A stretch of DNA of 64,000 nucleotides from an uncultured Thermoplasmata archaeon (GCA_963787465.1 CAWBDD010000021.1:80598-144597); one strand, 5' to 3'. Counted from the first letter of the stretch, positions 47,400 to 57,796 are shown. Program-made: numbers and translations. Notes: generated by a model from the sequence alone, not told the origin.

Positions 47400-48698
47400 A
47401 TGGAGAAATCGGTCTTGGTTATAGGAGGGGGTGTCGCGGGCATACAGGCCGCGCTCGACCTCGCTGACAAGGGGATAATCGTTCACCTGGTCGAGAAGAC
47501 CCCGAGCATCGGCGGGAGGATGGCGCAGCTGGACAAGACGTTCCCCACGAACGACTGCTCGATCTGCATCCTCGCGCCTAAGATGGCGGACTGCTTCAGC
47601 CACCCGAACACCAACGTCATCACCTACGCCGAGGTCGTCGGTGTCGAAGGGAAGGTAGGGAGCTTCAAGGTCAAGGTGCTCAAGAAGGCCAGGTACGTCG
47701 ACGAGACGAAGTGCACTGGCTGCGGCGAGTGCCTCGAGAAGTGCCCGAGCAAGGTCGTCAACGACTGGGAGCAGGGGCTGACCAACAGGAAGGCCATCTA
47801 TGTCCCGTTCATGCAGGCGGTCCCGAGGGTCATGACCATCGACAAGGACAACTGCCTCATGCTCACGAAGGGCAAGTGCGGGAACTGCAAGAAGGCCTGC
47901 AAGAGGGAGGCCATCAACTACGAGATGAAGGACCAGATCCTGGAGCTCGAGGTCGGCTCCATCATAGTCGCCACCGGGTTCGATGTCTGGAACCCGACGA
48001 CATCCACCGAGTACGGCTACGGCAGGTACCCCAACGTCTTCACGGCGATGGAGTACGAGCGCATGATCAACGCCGCCGGGCCGACCCACGGGCACATCAA
48101 GAGGAGGTCCGACGGCCAGCGCCCGATGAGGATGGCGTTCATCCAGTGCGTCGGGTCGAGGAACCCGACGACCGGCCACCCGTACTGCTGCGGCGTCTGC
48201 TGCATGCACTCCACGAAGGAGTCGATGCTGGCGCGGGAGCACTACGACGACATCGAGTCGACCATATTCTACAAGGACATGAGGGCCTGCTCGAAGGGCT
48301 TCTGGGAGTACGTGGAGCGCGCGAAGCGCGACTACGGTGTCAGGTACATCAACTCGGACGCCACGGTGCAGGAGAACGCTGACAACCACAACCCGATCGT
48401 GGTCTACGACGTGGGCGGAAGACAGCAGTCGGAGGAATTCGACCTGGTCGTCCTCGCCACGACACTCGTCCCCAAGAAGGAGACCCTGGAGCTGGCGAAG
48501 CTGCTGGGAATCAAGGCCGACGAGTTCGGATTCCTGGAGAGCGCCGACAGGATACTGGCGCCAGGGACCACCATCGTGCCCGGCATATACCTGGCCGGAT
48601 ACTGCGCAGGACCGGCGGACATACCGGAGAGCGTCGCTCAGGGCTCGAGCGCGGCGGCCAAGGCTGCCGAGGCAATCGCCCAGGCCGGAGGAGGATGA
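47400..48698 (+). CDS. Truncated HdrA-like flavoprotein (FAD/thioredoxin-reductase-like core plus inserted ferredoxin; lacks the HdrA N- and C-terminal cluster domains)
   Basis: VIGGGVAGIQAALDLA, CTGCGECLEKCP, and the FIQCVGSRN...CCGVCCMHS region. It corresponds to the N-terminal half of the fused 42156-45194 protein. Confidence 0.75.
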   Translation: MEKSVLVIGGGVAGIQAALDLADKGIIVHLVEKTPSIGGRMAQLDKTFPTNDCSICILAPKMADCFSHPNTNVITYAEVVGVEGKVGSFKVKVLKKARYVDETKCTGCGECLEKCPSKVVNDWEQGLTNRKAIYVPFMQAVPRVMTIDKDNCLMLTKGKCGNCKKACKREAINYEMKDQILELEVGSIIVATGFDVWNPTTSTEYGYGRYPNVFTAMEYERMINAAGPTHGHIKRRSDGQRPMRMAFIQCVGSRNPTTGHPYCCGVCCMHSTKESMLAREHYDDIESTIFYKDMRACSKGFWEYVERAKRDYGVRYINSDATVQENADNHNPIVVYDVGGRQQSEEFDLVVLATTLVPKKETLELAKLLGIKADEFGFLESADRILAPGTTIVPGIYLAGYCAGPADIPESVAQGSSAAAKAAEAIAQAGGG

Positions 48699-48702
48699 TC
48701 CG

Positions 48703-50572
48703 ATGACCACCCATGACAAGGCGGAGAAGCCAAGGATCGGAGTGTTCGTCTGCCACTGCGGCTCGAACATCGGCGGGTTCGTCGATGTGCCGTCCGTCGC
48801 GGAGTATGCCAAGACCCTCCCCGACGTCGCGTTCGCGACCGACAACCTGTACACCTGTGCCGAGGACGGCCTCAGCAGCATCAGGGAGGCCATAAGGAAG
48901 CACAACCTCAACAGGGTCATAGTCGCCAGCTGCACGCCCAGGACCCACGCGCCCCTGTTCCAGGCCACCTGCGAGGGGGCCGGGCTGAACAAGTACCTGT
49001 TCACATTCGTGAACATCAGGGAGCACTGCTCCTGGGTCCACATGAAGGAGAAGGACCTGGCCACGAAGAAGGCCAAGGACCTCATCAGGATGGGGGTCGC
49101 GCGGGCGCGCCTGCTCATCCCCCAGGAGGAGGTCAAGGTCGACGTGGAGCCAGTCGCGCTCGTCATCGGCGGAGGAATAAGCGGCATGACCGCGGCGCTG
49201 TCGATGGCGGAGATGGGCTTCCCGGTGCACCTCGTCGAGAAGGAAGGCGAGCTCGGTGGCTTCGTCAAGATACTCAACAACCTGTACGTGACGGACAAGA
49301 CCGCCGCGGACACGATCAAGCCGCTGGTCGACAAGGTGATGAGCGCACAAGAAGATCAAGGTCTACACCGGCTCGACCGTCAAGAGCGTCGAGGGCTTCA
49401 TCGGCAACTACGAGATAGTCATAGGCAAGAAGGGAGCCGACGACGTCAAGGCCAAGGTCGGCACGATCGTCGTGGCCACCGGGGCGCTCGAGTTCATCCC
49501 CGAGGGGCTGTACGGGTACAACCAGTACCCCAACGTCGTGACGCTGACGGAGTTCGAGATGCTCTGCAGGAAGAAGACCCTGCCGAAGCTGAAGAACGTG
49601 GCGTTCATCCAGTGCGTCGGGTCCAGGGGACAGGTCAAGTCGTACTGCTCCAGGATCTGCTGCAATGTCTCGATCAAGAACGCGGTCAACATCGTCGACA
49701 ACTACGACAACATGCTCGGGGCGGCCGAGAAGCTCGGCACGGTGATCGAGAAGGTCCCGGTCGAGAAGAAGGCCACAGACGAGATACTGGAGCGCAGGCG
49801 CAGGAGGCGCGGGCGCGACGCTGGGACCGACGAGGGCGGGGCCGAGGAGGTCAAGCTCGGACCGTCGGAGAAGATCGAGGTCACCGTCTTCAACAGGGAC
49901 GTGATGGCGTACGGCGTCGAGCACGAGCTGCAGTTCAACAAGGCGAGGGAGAAGCGCGTCAAGTTCGTGAGATACACGACAGACCACCTCCCGAAGGTCT
50001 TCATGGAGGGCAACCAGCTGATGCTGACCTACTTCCACGAGACCCTGAAGCTCGAGAGGACGATGCCGGTCGACATGGTCATACTGGCGACGCCGCTAGT
50101 GGCGCAGCCGGACGCGGACCAGCTGTCGAAGCTGCTCAAGGTGCCGCTCGGCCAGGAGGGGTTCTTCCTCGAGGCGCACGTCAAGCTCAGGCCAGTGGAC
50201 TTCGCGACGGACGGCATATACTGCGCCGGCACCTGCCGCGGACCCGCGGACATAACCGAGTGCGCGTACCAGGGGAGCGCGGCGGCCTCGAGGGCCGCCA
50301 TCCCGATGGCGAAGGGGTACGTGCAGGCCGAGGCGATCACCAGCGTGGTCGACGAGACCAAGTGCACCGGGTGCGGGACCTGCATGCAGGTCTGTCCGTA
50401 CGGCGCGCTCAGGAAGAACGACAAGGGCTACGCCGAGGTCATAGTGGCCGCGTGCAAGGGATGCGGCTGCTGCGGGGCGACCTGCCCCGAGGGCGCGATA
50501 ACGATGACGAACTACACCGATGCACAGCTCCTGGCTGAGGCCAGGGCGGCCCTCGAGGAGGGATTGCAGTGA
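48703..50572 (+). CDS. hdrA: HdrA paralog with an apparent +1 frameshift near 49343-49349. As read, it is in two frames: 48703-~49347 and ~49349-50572.
   Basis: N-terminal RIGVFVCHCGSNIGG and VIGGGISGMTAAL. After ...DKVMSA the frame turns to junk, and the authentic HdrA continuation (KKIKVYTGSTVKSVEGFIGNYEIVIGKKG...) is in the +1 frame. The C-terminal ferredoxin motifs are intact. Confidence 0.6.
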
Positions 50573-51372
50573 GTGACCAGGTCAAGAAGGAGCAGAGCGG
50601 GGAGTTCGAGCCCAAGGTCATCGGGTTCCTCTGCAACTGGTGCTCCTACGCAGGGGCGGACCTCTGCGGGGTCAGCAGGTACCAGTACCCGACCAACATC
50701 CGCGCGGTGAGGGTCATGTGCTCGACCAGGATCAGCCCGCACCTCGTCCTCGACCTTTTCAGGGCTGGGGCGGACGGCATCCTGCTCGGTGGCTGCCACA
50801 TAGGCGACTGCCACTACATATCCGGGAACTACTACACCGAGAAGCGCGTCAGGCTCATGAAGAAGCTGCTCGAGGAGAGCGGCCTGGAGCCGGAGCGCCT
50901 CAGGCTGGAGTGGGTCTCGGCCTCCGAGGGCGAGAAGTTCTCGAAGGTCGTGAGCGAGTTCACGGAGCACGTGAGGAAGCTCGGCCCCAGCAAGGTCAAG
51001 AGCGACCCGGTCCAGAGGGACAAGGTCGCGGCCGCGGACGCCGCAGGCGAGACCTTCAGGCTGAGGGCGCTGGTCGGCAAGGAGCTCAACCTTGTCCAGA
51101 AGGGGAACGTGTACGACAACAAGCTGGACCCGGTCGAGCTGCAGAAGATCATCGACCACGCGACCGAGGAGGAGTTCGAGCGCGCGCTCATACTGGAGCT
51201 GAGCCGCTCGAAGCCCAGGTCGGTCAAGGAGCTCGGACAGATCATGGACGTGCCGACGGACAAGGTCCTGAGGCACATAGTGGCGCTCCGTCAGAAGAAC
51301 ATGATAACGATGGAGCACCCGGACGGGTTCACACCCACATACAAGACCATAGAGATCGGAGGTGAGCACTGA
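50569..51372 (+). CDS. MvhD domain protein fused to a C-terminal winged-helix-like domain
   Basis: N-terminal [14 protein letters not shown]...CHIGDCHY (MvhD). The C-terminal ~90 aa (ALILELSRSKPRSVKELGQIMDVPTDKVLRHIVALRQKNMI) is homologous to the free-standing protein at 54867-55257. GTGA overlap with the upstream stop. Confidence 0.75.
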   Translation: MSDQVKKEQSGEFEPKVIGFLCNWCSYAGADLCGVSRYQYPTNIRAVRVMCSTRISPHLVLDLFRAGADGILLGGCHIGDCHYISGNYYTEKRVRLMKKLLEESGLEPERLRLEWVSASEGEKFSKVVSEFTEHVRKLGPSKVKSDPVQRDKVAAADAAGETFRLRALVGKELNLVQKGNVYDNKLDPVELQKIIDHATEEEFERALILELSRSKPRSVKELGQIMDVPTDKVLRHIVALRQKNMITMEHPDGFTPTYKTIEIGGEH

Positions 51373-54300
51373 TGGCTACCACGGACAAGATCGGGGCAGT
51401 AATGGTCGTCGGTGGCGGCATCTCGGGGATGCAGTCGGCCCTGGACCTAGCGGACCAGGGGTTCAAGGTCTACCTGATCGAGAAGCAGCCGAGCATCGGC
51501 GGCGTCATGGCCCAGCTCGACAAGACCTTCCCGACCAACGATTGCTCCATGTGCATCATGGCCCCGAAGCTGGTCGCCACCGGCAGGCACCACAACATAC
51601 AGCTGATCACGAACGCCGAGATAGCGATAGTGGATGGCCAGGCAGGCAACTTCACCGTCACGGTGAAGCAGCGCGCCTTCAGGGTCGACACGACCAAGTG
51701 CACGGGCTGCGGCAGCTGCGCGCAGAAGTGCCCGATCGAGACCGCCGACGAGTACAACGAGGGCACGAAGGTGCGCAAGGCGATATTCGTGCGCTACCCG
51801 CAGGCGGTCCCGCTGGTGTACAGCATCGACCCTGAGAAGTGCATCGGTTGCGGCATCTGCGCCGAGGAGTGCAAGGCCAAGGCCGTCGCGTACGACCAGA
51901 AGGAGAGGGTCATCGAGATCAACGTCGGATCGATCATCGTCTCGCCCGGCTTCGAGGAGTTCAACGCGAGGCTGAAGAGCGAGTACGGGTACGGCGTCTA
52001 CCAGAACGTCGTGACGAGCATCGAGTTCGAGAGGATGCTCAGCGCGACCGGGCCGTACTTCGGGTCCGTGCTCAGGCCCTCGGACGGCGACATACCGGAG
52101 AAGATAGCCTTCATCCAGTGCGTCGGCTCCAGGGACGAGCATGTCGGCAACGAGTACTGCTCCAGCGTGTGCTGCATGTACTCCATCAAGGAGGCCGTCA
52201 TCGCGAAGGAGCACGGCGGGAACATCAAGCCCACCATCTTCTTCATGGACATGAGGGCCTTCGGCAAGGAGTTCGACGAGTACTACAACCGCGCCCAGAA
52301 GGAGTACGGGATCAGGTTCGTCAGGTCCAGGATCGCATCCGTGGTCGAGGACCCGAAGACCAAGAACCTGATGCTCAAGTACACCGGAGAGGGCGAGCCC
52401 AAGGAGGAGGCGTTCGACCTCGTCGTGCTGGCGGTCGGGCTGAGGCCCGCTGCGGACGCCGAGGCGCTGAGCCGGATCATGAAGTTCAGGCTCAACGACG
52501 ACGGCTTCTGCCAGACGGGGACCTTCGCCCCGGTCGAGACATCGCGTCCGGGCGTCTACGTCAGCGGCGCGTTCTCCGCGCCCAAGGACATACCGATGAC
52601 CGTCGCAGAGGCGAGCGGCGCGGCCGCGAAGGCCGCCTCCGACATCGCCGGCGCCAGGGGCACGCTCGTCACGAAGAAGGAGTACCCCAAGGAACTCGAC
52701 GTCACGGGCCAGGAGCCCAGGATCGGGGTCTTCGTCTGCCACTGCGGCATCAACATAGGCGGGGTCGTGAAGGTCCCGGAGGTCGCGGAGTACGCGAAGA
52801 CGCTGCCGAACGTGGTCTACGCCGAGCAGAACCTGTACACCTGCTCCCAGGACGCGCAGGAGCGCATCAAGGAGAAGGTCAAGGAGCACAAGCTCAACAG
52901 GGTCGTGGTCGCGAGCTGCACGCCCAGGACGCACGAGCCCCTGTTCCAGAACACCATCAGGGAGGCGGGACTGAACCCGTACCTCTTCGAGATGGCGAAC
53001 ATCAGGGACCAGTGCTCGTGGATACACATGCACGAGCCGAAGGCCGCCACGAAGAAGTCCAAGGACCTCGTGCGCATGGCCGTCGCGAAGTCGAGGCTCC
53101 TGGAGCCGCTCGAGAACCTCGAGATCAACGTCAACCAGGCCGCCATGGTCATTGGCGGCGGGCTGAGCGGGATGACCGCGGCCCTGGAGCTCGCGAAGCA
53201 GGGCTTCCAGGTCCACCTGGTCGAGAAGGAGAAGCAGCTCGGGGGCAACCTCGGAAAGCTGCACTACCTGCCGACGGGCGACGACCCGAAGGCGCACCTC
53301 GACGCGATGGTGAAGGAGGTCATGTCCAACCCGCGGATCAAGACGCACCTCGGGACGACCGTGAAGACCATCGAGGGGTACGTCGGGAACTTCAAGACCG
53401 ACCTCGTGAACGGCCAGAAGGTCGAGCACGGCGCCGTCATCGTGGCCATCGGCGGCCAGGAGTACAAGCCGGAGGGCGAGTACCTCTACGGGAAGAACAA
53501 GGGCGTCATGACCCTCCTCGAGTACAAGGACAAGTTGTCGAAGGGCGAGGTCAAGGGCGGGACGACCGTGTTCATCCAGTGCGTCGGGTCCAGGGAGGAC
53601 AAGCACCCGAACTGCTCCCGCGTCTGCTGCACCGGCACGATGACCGCGGCGATCAAGACCAAGGAGAAGGACCCAGCGTCCACGATATACGTGCTCTACC
53701 GCGACATCAGGACCTACGGCTTCAGGGAGAAGTTCTACAAGGAGGCCAGCCGGAAGGGCGTGACCTTCATCAGGTTCGAGGACGGCACCAAGCCGAAGGT
53801 GGAGGAGAAGGGCGGGAAGCTCGAGGTGACCGTGAAGGACGAGGACACCGGCAAGGATGTCATCCTCAGGCCGGACCACCTGGTCCTCGCTTCGGGGACG
53901 AGGCCGTCCCACGATATCGAGACGCTCGCGCCGATGCTGAAGGTGCCCGTCACGCAAGGAGGGATTCTTCCTCGAGGCGCACATGAAGCTCCGGCCGGTC
54001 GAGTTCGCCACCGAGGGCGTGTACCTGGCGGGCCTCGCGCACGGACCCAAGTTCGTGGACGAGAGCATCGGGCAGGCGCTCGCGGCGGTGTCGCGCGCCA
54101 TGACCGTCCTGTCGAAGACCACCCTCGAGGCGGAGGGCATAGTCGCGAGCATAGAGGAGACCCTCTGTGACGGCTGCGGCATATGCGTCCCGACCTGCGA
54201 GTACAAGGCCCTCGATGTCCTCCCGGACAAGAAGGACCCGAAGAAGAAGATCGTCGAGGTCAACGTCGGCCTGTGCAAGGGCTGCGGCGCCTGCGTGGGC

Positions 54301-54410
54301 GCCTGCCCGTCCGGCGCCCTGGACACAGAAGGGCTTCAAGGACGAGCAGATCTACGCGATGATCGATGCCGCGCTCGAGGACGACGCGCAAGAGACAGGA
54401 GGTGAAGTAA
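51372..54410 (+). CDS. hdrA: HdrA paralog (third module). It is complete in its first ~860 aa, but the C-terminal part requires at least two +1 corrections (~53958 and ~54328). It is possibly continuous with the downstream MvhD.
   Basis: VVGGGISGMQSALDLA, RIGVFVCHCGINIGG and a second GG motif MVIGGGLSGMTAAL (a tandem-type HdrA). After ...MLKVPVTQ the track frame becomes P/R/G junk, while EGFFLEAHMKLRPV... continues in +1. After ...ACPSGALDT it shifts again, to KGFKDEQIYAMIDAALEDD.... Confidence 0.6.
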
Positions 54411-54866
54411 TGAGCACTGAGGCGCACGGGCACAAGCAATGGACATGCGACTGGGGACGGGTTCGAGCCGAAGATACTCGTCTTCTGCTGCAACTGGTGC
54501 TCCTACGCCGGGGCCGACCTGGCAGGGGTCAGCAGGCTGCAGATGCCGCCGCACTTCAGGGTGATCAGGGTCATGTGCTCCGCGAGGGTCGACCCCGAGT
54601 TCGTCCTGCGGGCGTTCCAGAAGGGCGCGGACGGCGTGCTCGTCGCTGGGCTGCCACCCGGCGGACTGCCACTACATCGGAGGGAACTACAGGACCCGCA
54701 GGAGGATCGCCCTGCTGAGGATGCTGCTGCAGCAGTTCGGGTTCGACCCGGGCAGGCTGAAGCTGGAGTGGGTCTCGGCCGGGGAGGGCGAGAAGTTCCA
54801 GAAGACCATCACCGAGTTCACGAACACTATCATGGAGCTCGGACCGTCTCCGATGAGAGGTGGTGA
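54410..54866 (+). CDS. mvhD: MvhD (third module), interrupted by two apparent +1 frameshifts at G-runs (~54453 and ~54648)
   Basis: [15 protein letters not shown] | [65 protein letters not shown] | [31 protein letters not shown]...MRGGE*, reconstructed by removing one G at each site. Confidence 0.55.
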
Positions 54867-55257
54867 ATGAGGATGCCGGCGAACGAGGCCAGGATCAGGG
54901 CGGCGCTCAGGACCGTGGAAGGGGAGCGCGTCAGGTGGCTCCTGGGCAAGAAGGGGCCACTGACCACGATCGGGCAACGTGTTCGGCGAGACCATCACCG
55001 ACGCGAGGTACAGCTTCATACTGCAGAAGGCGGCAGGGGTCGAGCTGGACCGGAACCTCCTTCTCATCGAGATGGAGCGGGGACCGAGGACCGTGCACGA
55101 GCTGCACGACGCCACGAGGCTCCCGAAACCCGAGATCGTGAAGCACATCATCGCCCTGAAGAAGTGGAGGCTGGTCGAGCAGGTGGGCATGAAGGACCGG
55201 TCGCCGCAGTACATGGCCGTAGCGCGCAAGGCATCGGATGAGAGAGAGGTGAGCTGA
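54867..55257 (+). CDS. Free-standing winged-helix-like protein homologous to the C-terminal domain of the MvhD fusion at 50569-51372. It contains an apparent +1 frameshift at ~54972-54976.
   Basis: MRMPANEARIRAALRTVEGERVRWLLGKKGPLTTIG | NVFGETITDARYSFILQKAAGVELDRNLLLIEMERGPRTVHELHDATRLPKPEIVKHIIALKKWRLVEQVG... It starts directly after the mvhD stop. Confidence 0.45.
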
Positions 55258-55259
55258 AC

Positions 55260-56276
55260 ATGGCTGACAAGATCAAGATCGCACAGTACTGGGGAGCAGG
55301 ATGCGGCGGGTGCGACGTCGCGCTCCTGGACATCGACGCCAAGATACTGGACATCCACGCGATAGCGGAGGTCGTCTTCTGGCCGATCGGCTTCGACGGG
55401 AAGCTCCACGAGATCGAGGCGATGCCCGACAAGAGCATCACCGTATCGTTCTACAACGGCGCGATAAGGAACTCCGAGAACGAGCACGTCGCGAAGGTGC
55501 TGAGGCAGAAGTCCGTCATAATGATCGGGTTCGGCTCGTGCGCCTGCTTCGGCGGCACGCCCGGCCTGGCCAACGTGACGAACAGGAAGGAGGTCTTCCA
55601 GACCGTCTACAAGGACACGCAGTCGACGGACAACCCGAACTTCGTGACGCCCCAGACCCACACCAAGACCAAGGACGGCGAGCTGGAGCTGCCGGAGTTC
55701 TACGACACGGTCAAGATGCTCGACGAGGTCGTCGACGTCGACTACTTCATGCCCGGCTGCCCGCCGACGGTCAACCTGATCGCGCTGGCGGTCGACGCCG
55801 TCGTGAAGCACGTCAAGGAGGGCGCGCCGCTGCCCCCGAAGGGCACGATCATAGCCTCCGACAAGACCCTGTGCGACGAATGCAAGAGGGAGAGGGTCGA
55901 GAAGAACAGGAGGATCGAGAGGATCTACCAGGCCTACGAGATCACGCCCGACCCGAAGAAGTGCCTCCTGGACCAGGGGATCATATGCATAGGGCCAGCG
56001 ACGCGCGCCGGATGCGGCGCGATGTGCCCGAACGCGCAGATGCCCTGCAGGGGCTGCATGGGCCCGACGAGGGCCGTCACGGACCAGGGCGCGAGCATGC
56101 TCTCCGCGGTCTCGTCGCTGCTGAACATCACGGATTCGGAGTCAAAGCTAAGTGAGGAGCAGATAATGGAGCTCATGATGCAGGTCAAGGACCCGCTCGG
56201 GACCTTCTACGCTTTCACGCTGCCGAAGTCCCCGATCAAGCGCGTCGTGACCGAGAGAGGCAAGAGGAAGGTGTGA
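55260..56276 (+). CDS. mvhG: [NiFe] hydrogenase small subunit MvhG (F420-non-reducing hydrogenase)
   Basis: N-terminal WGAGCGGC cluster motif, plus medial and distal Fe-S cluster Cys patterns (GSCACFGG, CxxC...CRGC). Confidence 0.85.
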   Translation: MADKIKIAQYWGAGCGGCDVALLDIDAKILDIHAIAEVVFWPIGFDGKLHEIEAMPDKSITVSFYNGAIRNSENEHVAKVLRQKSVIMIGFGSCACFGGTPGLANVTNRKEVFQTVYKDTQSTDNPNFVTPQTHTKTKDGELELPEFYDTVKMLDEVVDVDYFMPGCPPTVNLIALAVDAVVKHVKEGAPLPPKGTIIASDKTLCDECKRERVEKNRRIERIYQAYEITPDPKKCLLDQGIICIGPATRAGCGAMCPNAQMPCRGCMGPTRAVTDQGASMLSAVSSLLNITDSESKLSEEQIMELMMQVKDPLGTFYAFTLPKSPIKRVVTERGKRKV

Positions 56277-57796
56277 TCACCGTGGCTGGACCTATCATCA
56301 ACGACACCACTGTCAAGACAAAGGAGAGGAAGATCACCATCGACCCGATCACGAGGCTCGAGGGCCACGGCAAGATCGAGATATTCCTGGACGAGGCCGG
56401 CGATGTCGCCGACGCGTACCTCCAGGTGCCCGAGCTCAGGGGCTTCGAGAGGTTCTGCATAGGCAGGCACGTGCAGGAGCTGCCGGTCCTGACCAACAGG
56501 CTCTGCGGCGTCTGCCCGGCGGCGCACCACCTGGCGTCGACGAAGGCCCTGGACGCGGTCTTCAACGCCGAGCCACCGCCCACGGCGAAGAAGCTGAGGG
56601 AGCTCTTCTACATGGGCCAGTACACGCACAGCCACATCGCGCACTTCTACGCCCTCGCGGCGCCGGACTTCGTGCTCGGGCCGTCCGCCCCGGCCAACAA
56701 GAGGAACGTCCTCGGCGTGGTAGACGCCGTCGGCGTGCCGATCGGGGCCGAGGTCATAAAGCACAGGTCTTACGGTCAGAAGGTGCAGGAGATCGTGGGC
56801 GGCAGGGCGACACACCCCGTGTTCGGCCTCCCCGGAGGCGTGAGCAAGCAGATCAGCGAGGAGGAGCGCGCCCAGATGGAGGAGATGGCCAAGAGCTGCG
56901 TCGAATTCGGAAAGTTCACGGTCAAGCTCTTCCACGACGTCGTCCTCGCGAACAAGGACTACCTGGGACTCATACTCAACCAGGACGCGTACTACCTGGA
57001 GACCTACTACATGGGCATGGTCGACAAGAACAACAAGAGCAACTTCTACGACGGCGATATCCGCGTGGTCGACCAGACAGGTAAGGAGTTCGTGAGATTC
57101 AAGCCGAGCCAGTACCTCGACGTCATCTCAGAGCACGTCGAGCCCTGGACATACATGAAGATGCCCTTCCTGAAGAAGGTCGGCTGGAAGGGGTTCGTCA
57201 CCGGACCGTCGAGCGGCATATACAGGGTCGGGCCCCTGGCCAGGATCAACGTCTGCACCGGGTACACGACACCGCTGGCGCAGGCCGAGTACGAGGCCTT
57301 CAGGAAGACCATGAAGGACCTGGGAGTGACAGGGCCGGTGCACCACACCCTGGCGTTCCACTGGGCGAGGGTCATCGAACTGCAGCACGCGGCGGAGCGC
57401 ATGCTCGAGCTCGCGAGCGACAAGACCATCACGAGCGCCGACATCAGGGGCAAGTTCAACCCGCCCACGGAGGGCGTCGGCATCGTCGAGGCCCCGAGGG
57501 GCACGCTCATCCACCACTACGCCTCGGACAAGGACGGCATCTGCACCAAGATCAACATGGTCGTCGCCACGACCAACAACTACGCGGCCATCAACACCAG
57601 CGTGAAGCAGGCGGCGAAGGCGCTGATCAAGGGCGGCATGGTGTCCCAGGGCCTCCTGAACAAGGTCGAGATGGCCTTCAGGTGCTACGACCCGTGCAAC
57701 TCCTGTGGCACGCACGCGCTGAACGGCGGGCCCGCGCTCGAGGTCACCGTCAAGAGGAAGGACGGCACCGTCGTCGAGAGGCAGAGAAACTTCTGA
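56273..57796 (+). CDS. mvhA: [NiFe] hydrogenase large subunit MvhA
   Basis: N-terminal RLCGVCP and C-terminal DPCNSCGTH Ni-Fe ligand motifs. GTG start overlapping the mvhG stop. Confidence 0.9.
   Translation: MITVAGPIINDTTVKTKERKITIDPITRLEGHGKIEIFLDEAGDVADAYLQVPELRGFERFCIGRHVQELPVLTNRLCGVCPAAHHLASTKALDAVFNAEPPPTAKKLRELFYMGQYTHSHIAHFYALAAPDFVLGPSAPANKRNVLGVVDAVGVPIGAEVIKHRSYGQKVQEIVGGRATHPVFGLPGGVSKQISEEERAQMEEMAKSCVEFGKFTVKLFHDVVLANKDYLGLILNQDAYYLETYYMGMVDKNNKSNFYDGDIRVVDQTGKEFVRFKPSQYLDVISEHVEPWTYMKMPFLKKVGWKGFVTGPSSGIYRVGPLARINVCTGYTTPLAQAEYEAFRKTMKDLGVTGPVHHTLAFHWARVIELQHAAERMLELASDKTITSADIRGKFNPPTEGVGIVEAPRGTLIHHYASDKDGICTKINMVVATTNNYAAINTSVKQAAKALIKGGMVSQGLLNKVEMAFRCYDPCNSCGTHALNGGPALEVTVKRKDGTVVERQRNF

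Noticed and set aside
48337-50538. Track ORF of 733 aa presented as a single protein
   Set aside because: Only the part from ATG 48703 to ~49347 is authentic HdrA. The 5' part is a shadow over the preceding gene, and everything after 49348 is the wrong frame (the real continuation is the 49472-50572 frame).
49330-54980. Programmed +1 ribosomal frameshifting as the explanation for the hdr frame breaks
   Set aside because: The sites share no common slippery heptamer or downstream structure and mostly coincide with G/C runs. Sequencing indels or pseudogenisation are more parsimonious, but I cannot exclude it without read data.
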